In this document: positions 47,813 to 57,038 of the stretch, piece after piece | Position numbering within the stretch: position 1 is the stretch's first letter | Layout: every line of letters begins with the position of its first letter | Source: Flavobacteriales bacterium | GTDB taxonomy: Bacteria > Bacteroidota > Bacteroidia > Flavobacteriales > UBA7312 | Length of the DNA: 64,000 bases | Assembly (NCBI GenBank): GCA_965661505.1 | Contig: CBFIDX010000004.1 | Coordinates: forward strand, 7,918-71,917 | Reading direction: 5' to 3' | Made by a program: the position numbers and the translations under genes | The notes under the pieces: generated by a model | What the model was told of the DNA's origin: nothing | The model's database searches: none | What the model saw: the letters and a program-made list of their open reading frames with translations, nothing else

Positions 47813-50157
47813 TTTAAAGAATTTTCATCCTCATAGTAACCATCTGAGCCATACCCGTATCCGTAACCATACCCATAGCCATAGCCGTACTCATATAGTT
47901 TATTATTTCTTACCTCATTTAGTACGATTCCAATATTAGGTATTTTGCCAGAAGTGTATAACTCATCAATATACTTAATCATATGCATGGGTGTGTATTC
48001 TTGCCTGGTTATGAATATATTAATATCAGCAACGGACATTAAATTGATTGGATCAGCAACAAGACCTACTGGTGGCGTATCAATAATTATGTAATCGTAA
48101 TTTTCTTGAAGCTTACTACTAAGCAGATTTATTTTTTCTTTAGATAATAATTCTGATGGATTTGGTGGTATTGGTCCTGAGGTTATTACATCTAAATTAT
48201 TGATTGAGCTTGTCTTTATAACTTGATCCAAGGTATTTTCACCTATTAAAAAGGTGGATAAACCCAGTTGATTGAATTTATCAAAATCAAGATATAGATT
48301 TGGTTTTCTTAAATCTGCACCTATTAGAATGGTTTTTTTGCCTGAGCTAGCATAAAGTGCAGCTAAATTTTTAGCACAAAAAGTCTTCCCTTCTCCACTT
48401 GTAGAAGATGTGACAACTATCATTTTCGTGCTCTTTTCGCTATTTATAAAGTTTAAGTTAGAACGAATAACTCTAAATGTTTCTGCGATAGATGATTTAG
48501 GACTGTGATTAACAATTAGATCTATGCCACTGTGATTTTGGGCTATAAAGCCAAAAAAAGGAATGGCTGTAATTTTTTCTATATCTCTTCTAGAGATAAC
48601 TTTATCATTTAAAACATTTTTTAATAAAATAATGACTAAAGGAATTAAGATTCCGAGTAAAAAACCAAATAAATAAACATTGACTTTATTTGGGAATTTT
48701 AAGATTCCAGTCTCAATTCTTGCTGGTTCAAAAACTTGTATGTCGGAAATTGTTGAAGCTCCACTAATTCCTGCTTCAGCCCTTTTTTGTAACAAAAACA
48801 AATAAATACTTTCGCTGAGTTGGTAATGCCTTTGAATATTAACTAATTCTCTTTCTACTGTTGGAAGGGCATTTAAAGAACTTTTAGCAAGACTTTTTCT
48901 TGATGCAATATCATTAAGTAGTATTTGGTTTGCTTTTCTTTGATTACTGATAAGTTCGATTATAGCCTTCTTTAAATCAGAAATTTGAAAAGAGATGTCG
49001 TTTATAACTGGGTTTTCGAGCGAATTTCTTGGGTTTCTAATATTCTTTTCAATCTGTAAGTTAACAAGATTTTCTATCATAGAATTTAGAATATTATCTT
49101 TCACGCCATAAGTGACAGGAACGACTATATTTGACAGGTCGCTAGTGCTAATTAGATAATCTGATAGGTAATCATAATATTTATTCTGGATTAACAACTC
49201 TGCGCGTTCTTTATTGTATTCATTTAATTCTTCATAGAAATATTGAGATTCAATAGACAAGTTGGTGATACTATTTTTCTTTTTAAATTGTTGTAGTTGA
49301 AACTCTATAAATGCTAATGAGTCACTTGTTTCTTTTAGTTGTTTATCAATAAACTTAATGGTGTTTTCATGGGCAATATTCTTGTTTTCAAGGTTTTTTT
49401 CAATGTAAAGATTTGTTAACTTGTTTAAAAATGCAACCTCTTTATCAGGGCATTCACCTTCAGTAAATATTTTAATGGCATTTGCATCTTTTTTGATGAT
49501 CTCTATAGATAGTTTAGACAAATATTTTTGGGTCATTTTGTCTGGGGTAACAAGATTGATTTTGGTTATGGGTTTGGTGGCGGATTTTGAAAAAGGAAAA
49601 GAATTATTCTTTTTTATAATGAATTCCATCCCATTGTAATCTATCTTTTCTCCGAACTGAAATACTTTTTTCAGCGAATAATCTTCAGATTTAAGTAAGA
49701 AATGATCTTCGTCTTTTATCTCAATAACTAATTCAGAACCATATACTCTTTTATCAGTTTGGAAATGAATATCTATTGGCCTCCATTCAAAAGTTTCAAC
49801 GTTCCTTATATTTCCTATAATCGAATAGTTAACTTCGAAGTTTAGCTCTTTGATTACCTCATAAATAAGTGAATATGATTTCAATGACATGATTTCATCA
49901 TTAATCACTTTTTCTGTTCTATTTTGTCCTAGGTCGTATGCTAATACAGAAACTGGATTTGAATAACTGGAGGGTTCTTTGATGAACACTTTTGTTTCAA
50001 GATAATGAGATTCATTACTATATCTGTTAACAAGAAACGCAATAAATAAGAGAATTGATACGCCAATTAGAAAATTAGAAGCATTGTGCTTAACAAGGTG
50101 GAACACTTGCTTAATACTCAGTAATTCAAGATCATTATTTTTTTTAATCTTCGACAT
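47809..50157 (-). CDS. wzc: Polysaccharide co-polymerase / tyrosine autokinase (Wzc, BY-kinase)
   Basis: 782 aa. It has an N-terminal Wzz-like domain with 2 TM segments and coiled coils. The C-terminal kinase has Walker A (SGEGKT) and Walker B (IIIDTPP) motifs and a Tyr-rich tail. Confidence 0.88.
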   Translation of the reverse strand: MSKIKKNNDLELLSIKQVFHLVKHNASNFLIGVSILLFIAFLVNRYSNESHYLETKVFIKEPSSYSNPVSVLAYDLGQNRTEKVINDEIMSLKSYSLIYEVIKELNFEVNYSIIGNIRNVETFEWRPIDIHFQTDKRVYGSELVIEIKDEDHFLLKSEDYSLKKVFQFGEKIDYNGMEFIIKKNNSFPFSKSATKPITKINLVTPDKMTQKYLSKLSIEIIKKDANAIKIFTEGECPDKEVAFLNKLTNLYIEKNLENKNIAHENTIKFIDKQLKETSDSLAFIEFQLQQFKKKNSITNLSIESQYFYEELNEYNKERAELLIQNKYYDYLSDYLISTSDLSNIVVPVTYGVKDNILNSMIENLVNLQIEKNIRNPRNSLENPVINDISFQISDLKKAIIELISNQRKANQILLNDIASRKSLAKSSLNALPTVERELVNIQRHYQLSESIYLFLLQKRAEAGISGASTISDIQVFEPARIETGILKFPNKVNVYLFGFLLGILIPLVIILLKNVLNDKVISRRDIEKITAIPFFGFIAQNHSGIDLIVNHSPKSSIAETFRVIRSNLNFINSEKSTKMIVVTSSTSGEGKTFCAKNLAALYASSGKKTILIGADLRKPNLYLDFDKFNQLGLSTFLIGENTLDQVIKTSSINNLDVITSGPIPPNPSELLSKEKINLLSSKLQENYDYIIIDTPPVGLVADPINLMSVADINIFITRQEYTPMHMIKYIDELYTSGKIPNIGIVLNEVRNNKLYEYGYGYGYGYGYGYGSDGYYEDENSLK
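47848..47889 (-). repeat. Imperfect 6-nt codon repeat encoding (Tyr-Gly)x7 in the Wzc tail
   Basis: Hand translation of 47848-47889 (minus strand) gives YGYGYGYGYGYGYG. Three further Tyr residues flank it within 47833-47895. Confidence 0.85.
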
Positions 50158-50160
50158 TTT

Positions 50161-50901
50161 TTAATCAGGTTGTATTAAAAGAAATAGTGTTATGGCTGAG
50201 ATAACTGTTGAAATTGCTAATGGCAGATTATCAATTGTAAAGAAGCGTTTATTCATCGGAACTACGCTAATAATATCGTTTGGTTGTAGAAAAAAATGAG
50301 CTTTATTTAAAGATGATTTATTAGTTAAATCTAGGAAGAAAATATTTGTTTTTTCTTCTGAAATTCTAATTACTTTCACCTTTTTTCTATTTGCAAATTC
50401 CGTAAATCCTCCTGCCATACCAATGGCTTCAAGTAAATTCCCTTCCGATTTGAAAATCTGTATTTTACCTGGATTATTTACTTCACCCATAATGGTTATG
50501 CCAAAATCTAAAATATTCAGTTTTATAAAAGGCTCAGAAAAATACTTTTCTGTAGAATTGCGTATCATTTCTTCAGCTTCATTTAATGATTTTCCTAAAA
50601 GGTTAAAAGTACCAATCGTGGGTAGGTTTAACTCACCTTTTGCGTTTAACCTATAACCATACAAATATGGGTTTTGAGCATAAAGATTACTATTTCCCTC
50701 TGACTCTTTATTGAAAAAATCGTAATTGAATGGAGTCAAACTTGAAATCTGCACATATAAAAGATCACCGGCATCTAATTTATAGTTGTGATTGTTTAAA
50801 GCTAACTCAGTATCATTTTTTACCTTTAAAACATCAATATCTCTAGTGCTAATACAAGAAGTGGACAGAAATAGGATAAAATAAATAAAATATTTATGCA
50901 T
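50161..50901 (-). CDS. wza: Polysaccharide export outer-membrane lipoprotein (Wza-like, Poly_export + SLBB)
   Basis: 246 aa with a lipoprotein signal (LSTSC). It has the Poly_export pattern (YKLDAGDLLYVQI) and an SLBB-like GEVNNPG segment. Confidence 0.8.
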   Translation of the reverse strand: MHKYFIYFILFLSTSCISTRDIDVLKVKNDTELALNNHNYKLDAGDLLYVQISSLTPFNYDFFNKESEGNSNLYAQNPYLYGYRLNAKGELNLPTIGTFNLLGKSLNEAEEMIRNSTEKYFSEPFIKLNILDFGITIMGEVNNPGKIQIFKSEGNLLEAIGMAGGFTEFANRKKVKVIRISEEKTNIFFLDLTNKSSLNKAHFFLQPNDIISVVPMNKRFFTIDNLPLAISTVISAITLFLLIQPD

Positions 50902-50926
50902 GAAAGTTTAATTTATCGCTTAAAAA

Positions 50927-50934
50927 CAAATATA
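50927..50934 (-). promoter_or_regulatory. -7 promoter box (TATATTTG) upstream of wza, candidate locus promoter
   Basis: The minus strand reads TATATTTG, an exact consensus match, 25 nt upstream of the wza ATG at 50901. Confidence 0.4.
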
Positions 50935-51005
50935 ACATTTATTCTCAGCTATGAGAACAGTAAAGAAGATGCGACTAAGCTATTGCGCAGATGATTGAAA
51001 TTACT

Positions 51006-51830
51006 TTATTGTTTGACAAAAAGCAATGTTTTGGCTAAAACTTCTTTTAGTTGAGAAGAAAATCCATCTTTTTTATTGAAAGGATGCGAGGTGTTAAAAA
51101 CGTGGTCAGCACTTTTAATGATTTGTAATTCTGAATTAGCTATCCACTCATGTAATTGTAAGCCTTCATTTAACAAAACCGTAGTATCTTGATCGCCATG
51201 AACAATTAATGTTGGCTTTATATTTTCTTTAGCGGCAACAGGAATACTTAACTTATTTTTGTTTTTGTAGAAATCTTCCCTAAACTGATAATTGATAGGC
51301 ATTTGTTGATTCGTGCGGCCATTGTACACATAAACTACTCCTCTCTTCTTCCAAAGATCTATTTTTTCGCTGGGTAATCTTTTTTCAAAATCAGAAACGC
51401 TAGCCCAAGAAATAATTTTTGAAACCCTTGCATCATGTGATTTTAATATTGAAATACCTCCTCCTCTGCTATGTCCGGCAAGTATGATGTTATGTATGTC
51501 AACTTTATTATTTAAGTTTTTAGTGATCCAATTTAAAACTTGATCTAAATCAAACAGCTCTTTAGAAAAGTTATTTTGACCAAAAGATTCTAGGTTCACA
51601 AAATCGTTAGGATGATCTAAAGTAGTTCCATTATGAGAAAAGTTGAATTTTAAAAAAGTATAGCCTTTTTCACAAAAGAAATCAGCTATTTCATTGAAAG
51701 CTCCCCAATCTTTAAATCCTTTGAATCCATGAGAGAAAACAATAATTTTTGATAAATCTTTCTTTTTGGCAAAACGTAGGTCACACAAAATGGGTCGATT
51801 ATTTGATCCCTTAATACAAAAATTTCTCAT
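51006..51830 (-). CDS. Alpha/beta-fold hydrolase
   Basis: 274 aa with the nucleophile elbow GHSRGG and a late HGDQD...H pattern consistent with a Ser-Asp-His triad. Confidence 0.7.
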   Translation of the reverse strand: MRNFCIKGSNNRPILCDLRFAKKKDLSKIIVFSHGFKGFKDWGAFNEIADFFCEKGYTFLKFNFSHNGTTLDHPNDFVNLESFGQNNFSKELFDLDQVLNWITKNLNNKVDIHNIILAGHSRGGGISILKSHDARVSKIISWASVSDFEKRLPSEKIDLWKKRGVVYVYNGRTNQQMPINYQFREDFYKNKNKLSIPVAAKENIKPTLIVHGDQDTTVLLNEGLQLHEWIANSELQIIKSADHVFNTSHPFNKKDGFSSQLKEVLAKTLLFVKQ

Positions 51831-51841
51831 TAAAAATTAAT

Positions 51842-54310
51842 TTAATGCTTCAGAAATTTGATTTTTTCCGATTCTGTTTCGAATAAGTATAAGCCCGGTT
51901 TTAGGAAATTTAAATCTAAAATGATTTCACTTTGGTTTTTCACATCAGAATAAAGCACTTCACCTAAGAGATTAGTGATTTTTATCGAACCTAATTGATC
52001 TGAGTTGTAATTTAATATTCCTGAGGTAGGGTTGGGATAAAAACGTATATCGTCAGCATCCATTAATCCAGTTGTCAGACAAGACTGTAAGCAATCTAGT
52101 TCATTCATGAAAGAACCTGTATTTCCTCCTACTTCTATGCAACTTCCTGCAATGCATTCCCAATCGTTTATAATAACAACACCCAAATCGTTAATCTGGA
52201 ATTTATCAAAACCGGCTTCAACTAAGTGGCCTGAGCCATAGTCTGCGGTATATAATTTAAGCTGCATATTAGCTGTTGTAGGGATGCTAACTGTATGAGT
52301 TGCATTTACCCATTGAGAGAGCGTTGTAGAAGCTGAAGTAATAACATCTAATACCTCTTCAATATTTCCATTGGATAAGCTAATGACTAAACTATCGTCT
52401 GGATTTCCGTTACCTCCTAAATTAGCAAACCACCAAAAATAACTGATTTCTGGATTTGTATAATTTGTTAAATCAAATAGTGGCGAGAATAAGTTTACAT
52501 CTGCATCATCTACATCATCAAACCCTACGCCGGCATTCATGGAGTTTCCTGTTATATAACATTCTGTTGAACAATCCGAACTAACATCTGAGTCGGTTTG
52601 AACAAGACTACCCTGAGAGCTTGTTCCATTGGGTATTCCTCTTTCCCATAGCCCTGCAGAAGCATTACCAGAGGTAGTCCATCCAAAATCGAAAGTGAAA
52701 TCATCATAATACCCTTCGTCAAGCGTAATTGTTATAGCAGATCCATTGTTAGAAATGCTAAGGTTTTCACAAGAAGTAAGGTAACCCCATGCGCCTACTT
52801 CAACAGAAAACACTCCTTCGTAAATCGAATCTATTTGAAAGGATCCGTCTGACGCTGTAGTTAAAAAAGTACTATAACTGTAGTTGTTATTCGTGAAGTT
52901 TAATTGGGCATTCGGAATTCCCTGACCGTTTATATCTATTACTTCTCCATTAATACTAATAGGTGTCATTGAAACAAGGGTGTCATTTAATACCGTTAAA
53001 ACACCATTTGATAAATTGACTGTCAGTGTATCTGGAAAATATCCTGCTGCTGAAAAAACAACTTGATAGGTGCCTGAGTTTGCAGTACCTGTAAAGTAAT
53101 AGCCATTTAAATTTGTTGTTACTGAGTCAGCAGTAGTCAACAGCTCAATCGTTGCACCACTTATGTTTTGACCCGTAGTTGATAATACATTCCCCTCTAA
53201 GTAACATGCTTGTTGTAAGGAAGCCTCTAAAACTAATAGTTGACCTTCATTGTTAGGTCCGCTATTTATCTCAGATGAAAGGATAAGACCAGAAGGAAGG
53301 TATGGGTAAGCTCCCCATGAACCATCAAAACCATTACCACTTCCCAGATAGGCATCGTAGTAAGCAACTTCAATCATATTGTTTGGGTAGGTAACATCAT
53401 GAATTCTTATACCATCTCTATAATATGAAGTAACAATAAAATCTCCTAACACATGAGTATTATGAGGTATTACGCCACTACCTGGATTTGGTTGGATTCG
53501 ATCAACTTCATAAATGTTGTTCAAATCTGATACGTCATAGGCACCAATATAGGCACCGCTAACTTCATCTGTTGTAAATAGAGTATGGCCATCATCTGAT
53601 ATCCAACAATTGTGCGTAAAATTATCAGGTGTGGAATGAAATGCTGCTCCATTGTTCATTATGAAGGGGTTGGATGGTGTGCTTACATCTATGGCGTAAA
53701 AGTTACCCTGATACACTGCCGCACCCCACAGGGTATCACCTCTTGCCATTCCATCGTGTAAATAAAATTCATCAAAAACACCTATAATAGATGGCAATAT
53801 ATTGTTTGATAAATCTGTGGTAGTGACATCTAATATTAAAGCTCCTCCAACTGTGCCAACATTACCTCCAAAAATATATGCTTTGCCATATTCATCAATA
53901 TAGATATTGTGTGCTTGGGTAAACATATTGTTACCATTATTGTCAATGCTTGTATATACATGGGTATTACCAGTCATATCGTTTAGATCCACAATCAGTA
54001 AACCATCAGATCCTTGGTCGCAAGTTACAAATGCATAATTGTTCCAAACTTTTATATCTCTCCACATAGATTGTGCACCGGGAATAAAAAAGTTCTGGCT
54101 AGGGTTGCTTGGTGTAGATAGATCTACTACTGAGAAGCCATCTAAAAGGCCAACCAGTGCATATTCAGTACCTGAGGGATCAACATAGCCCCATATGTCG
54201 CTACATTCATTATTTGTATAATTATAACTTCCAACAACACCCATATTCAGGCTTGATTGTGCTGAAAGGATAATAGGGAAAAGAAAAAGTGGTATAAAAA
54301 AACGAAGCAT
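51842..54310 (-). CDS. Large secreted T9SS cargo: LVIVD/choice-of-anchor-B-like beta-propeller, two CarboxypepD_reg-like domains and a T9SS C-terminal sorting domain
   Basis: 822 aa with a signal peptide. The N-terminal half has GLLIVDL-type repeats. Two Ig-like segments are present (GATIELLT...GYY, GIPNAQLNF...DGSF). The C-terminal FYPNPTSGILN...GLYLF is T9SS type A. Confidence 0.7.
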   Translation of the reverse strand: MLRFFIPLFLFPIILSAQSSLNMGVVGSYNYTNNECSDIWGYVDPSGTEYALVGLLDGFSVVDLSTPSNPSQNFFIPGAQSMWRDIKVWNNYAFVTCDQGSDGLLIVDLNDMTGNTHVYTSIDNNGNNMFTQAHNIYIDEYGKAYIFGGNVGTVGGALILDVTTTDLSNNILPSIIGVFDEFYLHDGMARGDTLWGAAVYQGNFYAIDVSTPSNPFIMNNGAAFHSTPDNFTHNCWISDDGHTLFTTDEVSGAYIGAYDVSDLNNIYEVDRIQPNPGSGVIPHNTHVLGDFIVTSYYRDGIRIHDVTYPNNMIEVAYYDAYLGSGNGFDGSWGAYPYLPSGLILSSEINSGPNNEGQLLVLEASLQQACYLEGNVLSTTGQNISGATIELLTTADSVTTNLNGYYFTGTANSGTYQVVFSAAGYFPDTLTVNLSNGVLTVLNDTLVSMTPISINGEVIDINGQGIPNAQLNFTNNNYSYSTFLTTASDGSFQIDSIYEGVFSVEVGAWGYLTSCENLSISNNGSAITITLDEGYYDDFTFDFGWTTSGNASAGLWERGIPNGTSSQGSLVQTDSDVSSDCSTECYITGNSMNAGVGFDDVDDADVNLFSPLFDLTNYTNPEISYFWWFANLGGNGNPDDSLVISLSNGNIEEVLDVITSASTTLSQWVNATHTVSIPTTANMQLKLYTADYGSGHLVEAGFDKFQINDLGVVIINDWECIAGSCIEVGGNTGSFMNELDCLQSCLTTGLMDADDIRFYPNPTSGILNYNSDQLGSIKITNLLGEVLYSDVKNQSEIILDLNFLKPGLYLFETESEKIKFLKH

Positions 54311-54330
54311 AAGAAAAATGAATTTAGGTA

Positions 54331-54338
54331 CAAAAATA
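54331..54338 (-). promoter_or_regulatory. -7 promoter box (TATTTTTG) for the T9SS cargo gene
   Basis: Exact TAnnTTTG match on the minus strand, 20 nt upstream of the ATG at 54310. Confidence 0.35.
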
Positions 54339-54393
54339 CAGCTAATTTAGGCTTCCTTGAACATAAGTATATTTTTACTTACTCACTCACTCA

Positions 54394-57027
54394 CTATAAT
54401 TCTAACCTAAATTGATTGTCGCTGCTATCTTCATCTATAATAATTTTGTTAGAATCGTTTTCTTTAAGGTCCGTTACATCCTCTGAATCAGCTAGATTGT
54501 CTGAAGATTTTATTGGCTCCTCATTGATTAACTCAACCTCTTTATACTTATTTTTTTCGTTAAGCAGTAAGTTTATTTTATTCACTTTTTTATTAGTCAA
54601 TTTGTTTCCTTGGGCAGTAATTCCTTTGACAGTAATAAATTTGGCTAACTCTATTTGCTCTATGCTTCTTTCTTTTCCTTTTTCTTTTTTGTAGACAACC
54701 TCAGCTATTGGGGATAAATTTGATGTTACAAGTTCAAGAACTGACTTTTCTTCTTGCGGTATAAATGGGACAATTTTATCACTATATTCAATCAGAAAAC
54801 GCTTAACTAAAAAAGTTTTCTTTAAATGATCATAATATATTACTGATAGCGGGTTCTTTTGTTTCCATTTTTCAATAATAATCATTTCATCGCTGAATCG
54901 ACTTGATAATTCAAAAGATACTAGTTGATAAGTACCATTTTGATTTACTGTTAAAATCTTATCATCAGCTTGAAATTCTCCTAAAAATCTTCCAACCCCA
55001 TCTACATTTAAACGCATGATGGATTCATCAAACCAAATTTTTCTTGCGGATAGGGTTGACACTCCATTCTCTTTAAGATCAATACGTTTGATGGGTTGTT
55101 TTGTTACTAGATTTCCTCCTGCTGATCGTCCCTTTATGGAAAGGTCAGAAAAGGATATATCAAAACGAAGCTTCTTTAATTTTTGCAGTGCTCTTAAATG
55201 AATGGTAACAATCTCTGCTTCTCCGTTTGGATTTGCAGTGAAATATAATACCTCAGATTTTTTTCCTTTAGTTAATAGGTATTCTTTATTTCTTGTTATG
55301 CTGGTTACATGAAAACGTTTCATAAAAGACTTTCCTGTTGAAGAGTCTTTATAAATCATGTTATAGGTTGTACGCTCATCTTTCTTTTTAAACAGGGCTA
55401 CATGGATAATATCTTTCCCAACAAATGTCTTTTTATCGACTTTTGTTACAATCATTTTTCCATCTTTTCTAAAAATGATAATATCGTCAATGTCTGAACA
55501 ATCACAAACAAACTCATCTTTCCTCATAGCAGTACCAACAAACCCCTCTTCTCTGTTAATGAAAAGTTTTTGATTTTTAGCTACCACTTTGGCAGCTATT
55601 ATATTATCAAATGTTCTAATTTCTGTTTTTCTCTCTCTTTTGGGTCCGTATTTCTTTTTAAGATTCTTAAAATAATCAATGGCATACGGGGTTAAATTAT
55701 CAAGATGGTATTTGATTTGATCAATTTGTTCCTGAAGCTTAATGATATCTTCGTCGGCTTTTAGTGAGTCAAATTTTGAGATTCTTTTGATTTTAATCTC
55801 TGTTAATCTGACAACATCTTCATCACTAACTTTTCTCAACAACAATTTTAGATAGGGTTTTAAACCTGCATGTATGGTTTCTATGACGGATTCCCAGCTT
55901 TCACACTCTTCTATGTCTCTATAAATTCTTTTTTCTATAAATATTTTCTCCAAAGAAGAAAAGTGCCATTTCTCATTTAACTCATCAAGATTAATTTGTA
56001 GCTCTGCCTGAAGAAGTTGTAAAGTGTGTTCTGTGGAAACCTGAAGCATCTCACTTACACCAAGAAATCTTGGCGTATCGTTTTCAATAACACAGCCTAA
56101 TGGAGATATGGATACTTCACAATCGGAAAAGGAATAAAGGGCATCAATTGTATTATCAGGTGATATTCCTGCTGGTAAATGAATTAAAATTTCAACATTT
56201 TCTGAAGTATTATCTTCTATTTTTTTTATTTTGATCTTCCCTTTTTCATTAGCTCTAATAATAGAGTTAATCAATGATGTGGTGGTTGTACTGAAGGGAA
56301 GTTCCGTTATTTTTAGTGTTTTTTTATCTTGAGTCTCAATTTTCGCTCTAACCCTTACTTTACCTCCACGCTTGCCATCGTTATAAGCACTAAAATCAGC
56401 CATTCCTCCCGTAGAAAAATCAGGAAAAATCCTTGGCTTCACTCCATTTAAGATTTTAATAGATGCGTCTATTAACTCAATGAAGTTATGTGGCAGAATT
56501 TTAGTTGATAGGCCGACTGCTATTCCCTCTACACCCTGTGCTAATAGTAAAGGGAACTTTACTGGCAAAGAAATTGGTTCTTTACCTCTGCCATCATAGG
56601 ATGCATTCCATTGGGTTATTTTTGGGTTGTAAACAACATCTAAAGCAAACTTGCTTAGTTTTACTTCAATATACCTTGGAGCAGCTGCTCTATCGCCAGT
56701 TAGGGTGTTCCCCCAGTTTCCTTGCAAATCGAGCAATAAATCTTTTTGTCCAATCTGAACCATTGCATCTGCTATTGAGGCGTCACCATGGGGGTGGTAT
56801 TTCATTGTATGTCCAATGACATTCGCTACTTTATGAAACCTACCATCTTCTAACTCTTTCAGCGAATGAAGTATTCTTCTTTGAACAGGTTTTAGCCCAT
56901 CCTCCAACAAAGGCACAGAACGTTCCAAAATAACATAAGAAGCATAATCCAAAAACCAATTTTTATACATGCCTGAAACATGTAAAACATCTTGAATTTG
57001 CTCATTATTATTTTCTGGATTTTTCAC
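54394..57027 (-). CDS. parC: DNA topoisomerase IV subunit A (GyrA paralog)
   Basis: 877 aa with DGLKPVQRRIL, an active-site Tyr region (AAPRYIE) and a divergent C-terminal domain. It is distinct from the gyrA fragment at the window start. Confidence 0.85.
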   Translation of the reverse strand: MKNPENNNEQIQDVLHVSGMYKNWFLDYASYVILERSVPLLEDGLKPVQRRILHSLKELEDGRFHKVANVIGHTMKYHPHGDASIADAMVQIGQKDLLLDLQGNWGNTLTGDRAAAPRYIEVKLSKFALDVVYNPKITQWNASYDGRGKEPISLPVKFPLLLAQGVEGIAVGLSTKILPHNFIELIDASIKILNGVKPRIFPDFSTGGMADFSAYNDGKRGGKVRVRAKIETQDKKTLKITELPFSTTTTSLINSIIRANEKGKIKIKKIEDNTSENVEILIHLPAGISPDNTIDALYSFSDCEVSISPLGCVIENDTPRFLGVSEMLQVSTEHTLQLLQAELQINLDELNEKWHFSSLEKIFIEKRIYRDIEECESWESVIETIHAGLKPYLKLLLRKVSDEDVVRLTEIKIKRISKFDSLKADEDIIKLQEQIDQIKYHLDNLTPYAIDYFKNLKKKYGPKRERKTEIRTFDNIIAAKVVAKNQKLFINREEGFVGTAMRKDEFVCDCSDIDDIIIFRKDGKMIVTKVDKKTFVGKDIIHVALFKKKDERTTYNMIYKDSSTGKSFMKRFHVTSITRNKEYLLTKGKKSEVLYFTANPNGEAEIVTIHLRALQKLKKLRFDISFSDLSIKGRSAGGNLVTKQPIKRIDLKENGVSTLSARKIWFDESIMRLNVDGVGRFLGEFQADDKILTVNQNGTYQLVSFELSSRFSDEMIIIEKWKQKNPLSVIYYDHLKKTFLVKRFLIEYSDKIVPFIPQEEKSVLELVTSNLSPIAEVVYKKEKGKERSIEQIELAKFITVKGITAQGNKLTNKKVNKINLLLNEKNKYKEVELINEEPIKSSDNLADSEDVTDLKENDSNKIIIDEDSSDNQFRLEL

Positions 57028-57038
57028 TCTTTACTGAA

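Noticed and set aside
54381-54395. (ACTC)x3.75 tetranucleotide repeat overlapping the parC stop codon, upstream of the T9SS cargo gene.
   Set aside because: It has fewer than four units and lies upstream of the predicted -33 region of the downstream promoter. It is too short to argue for phase variation.
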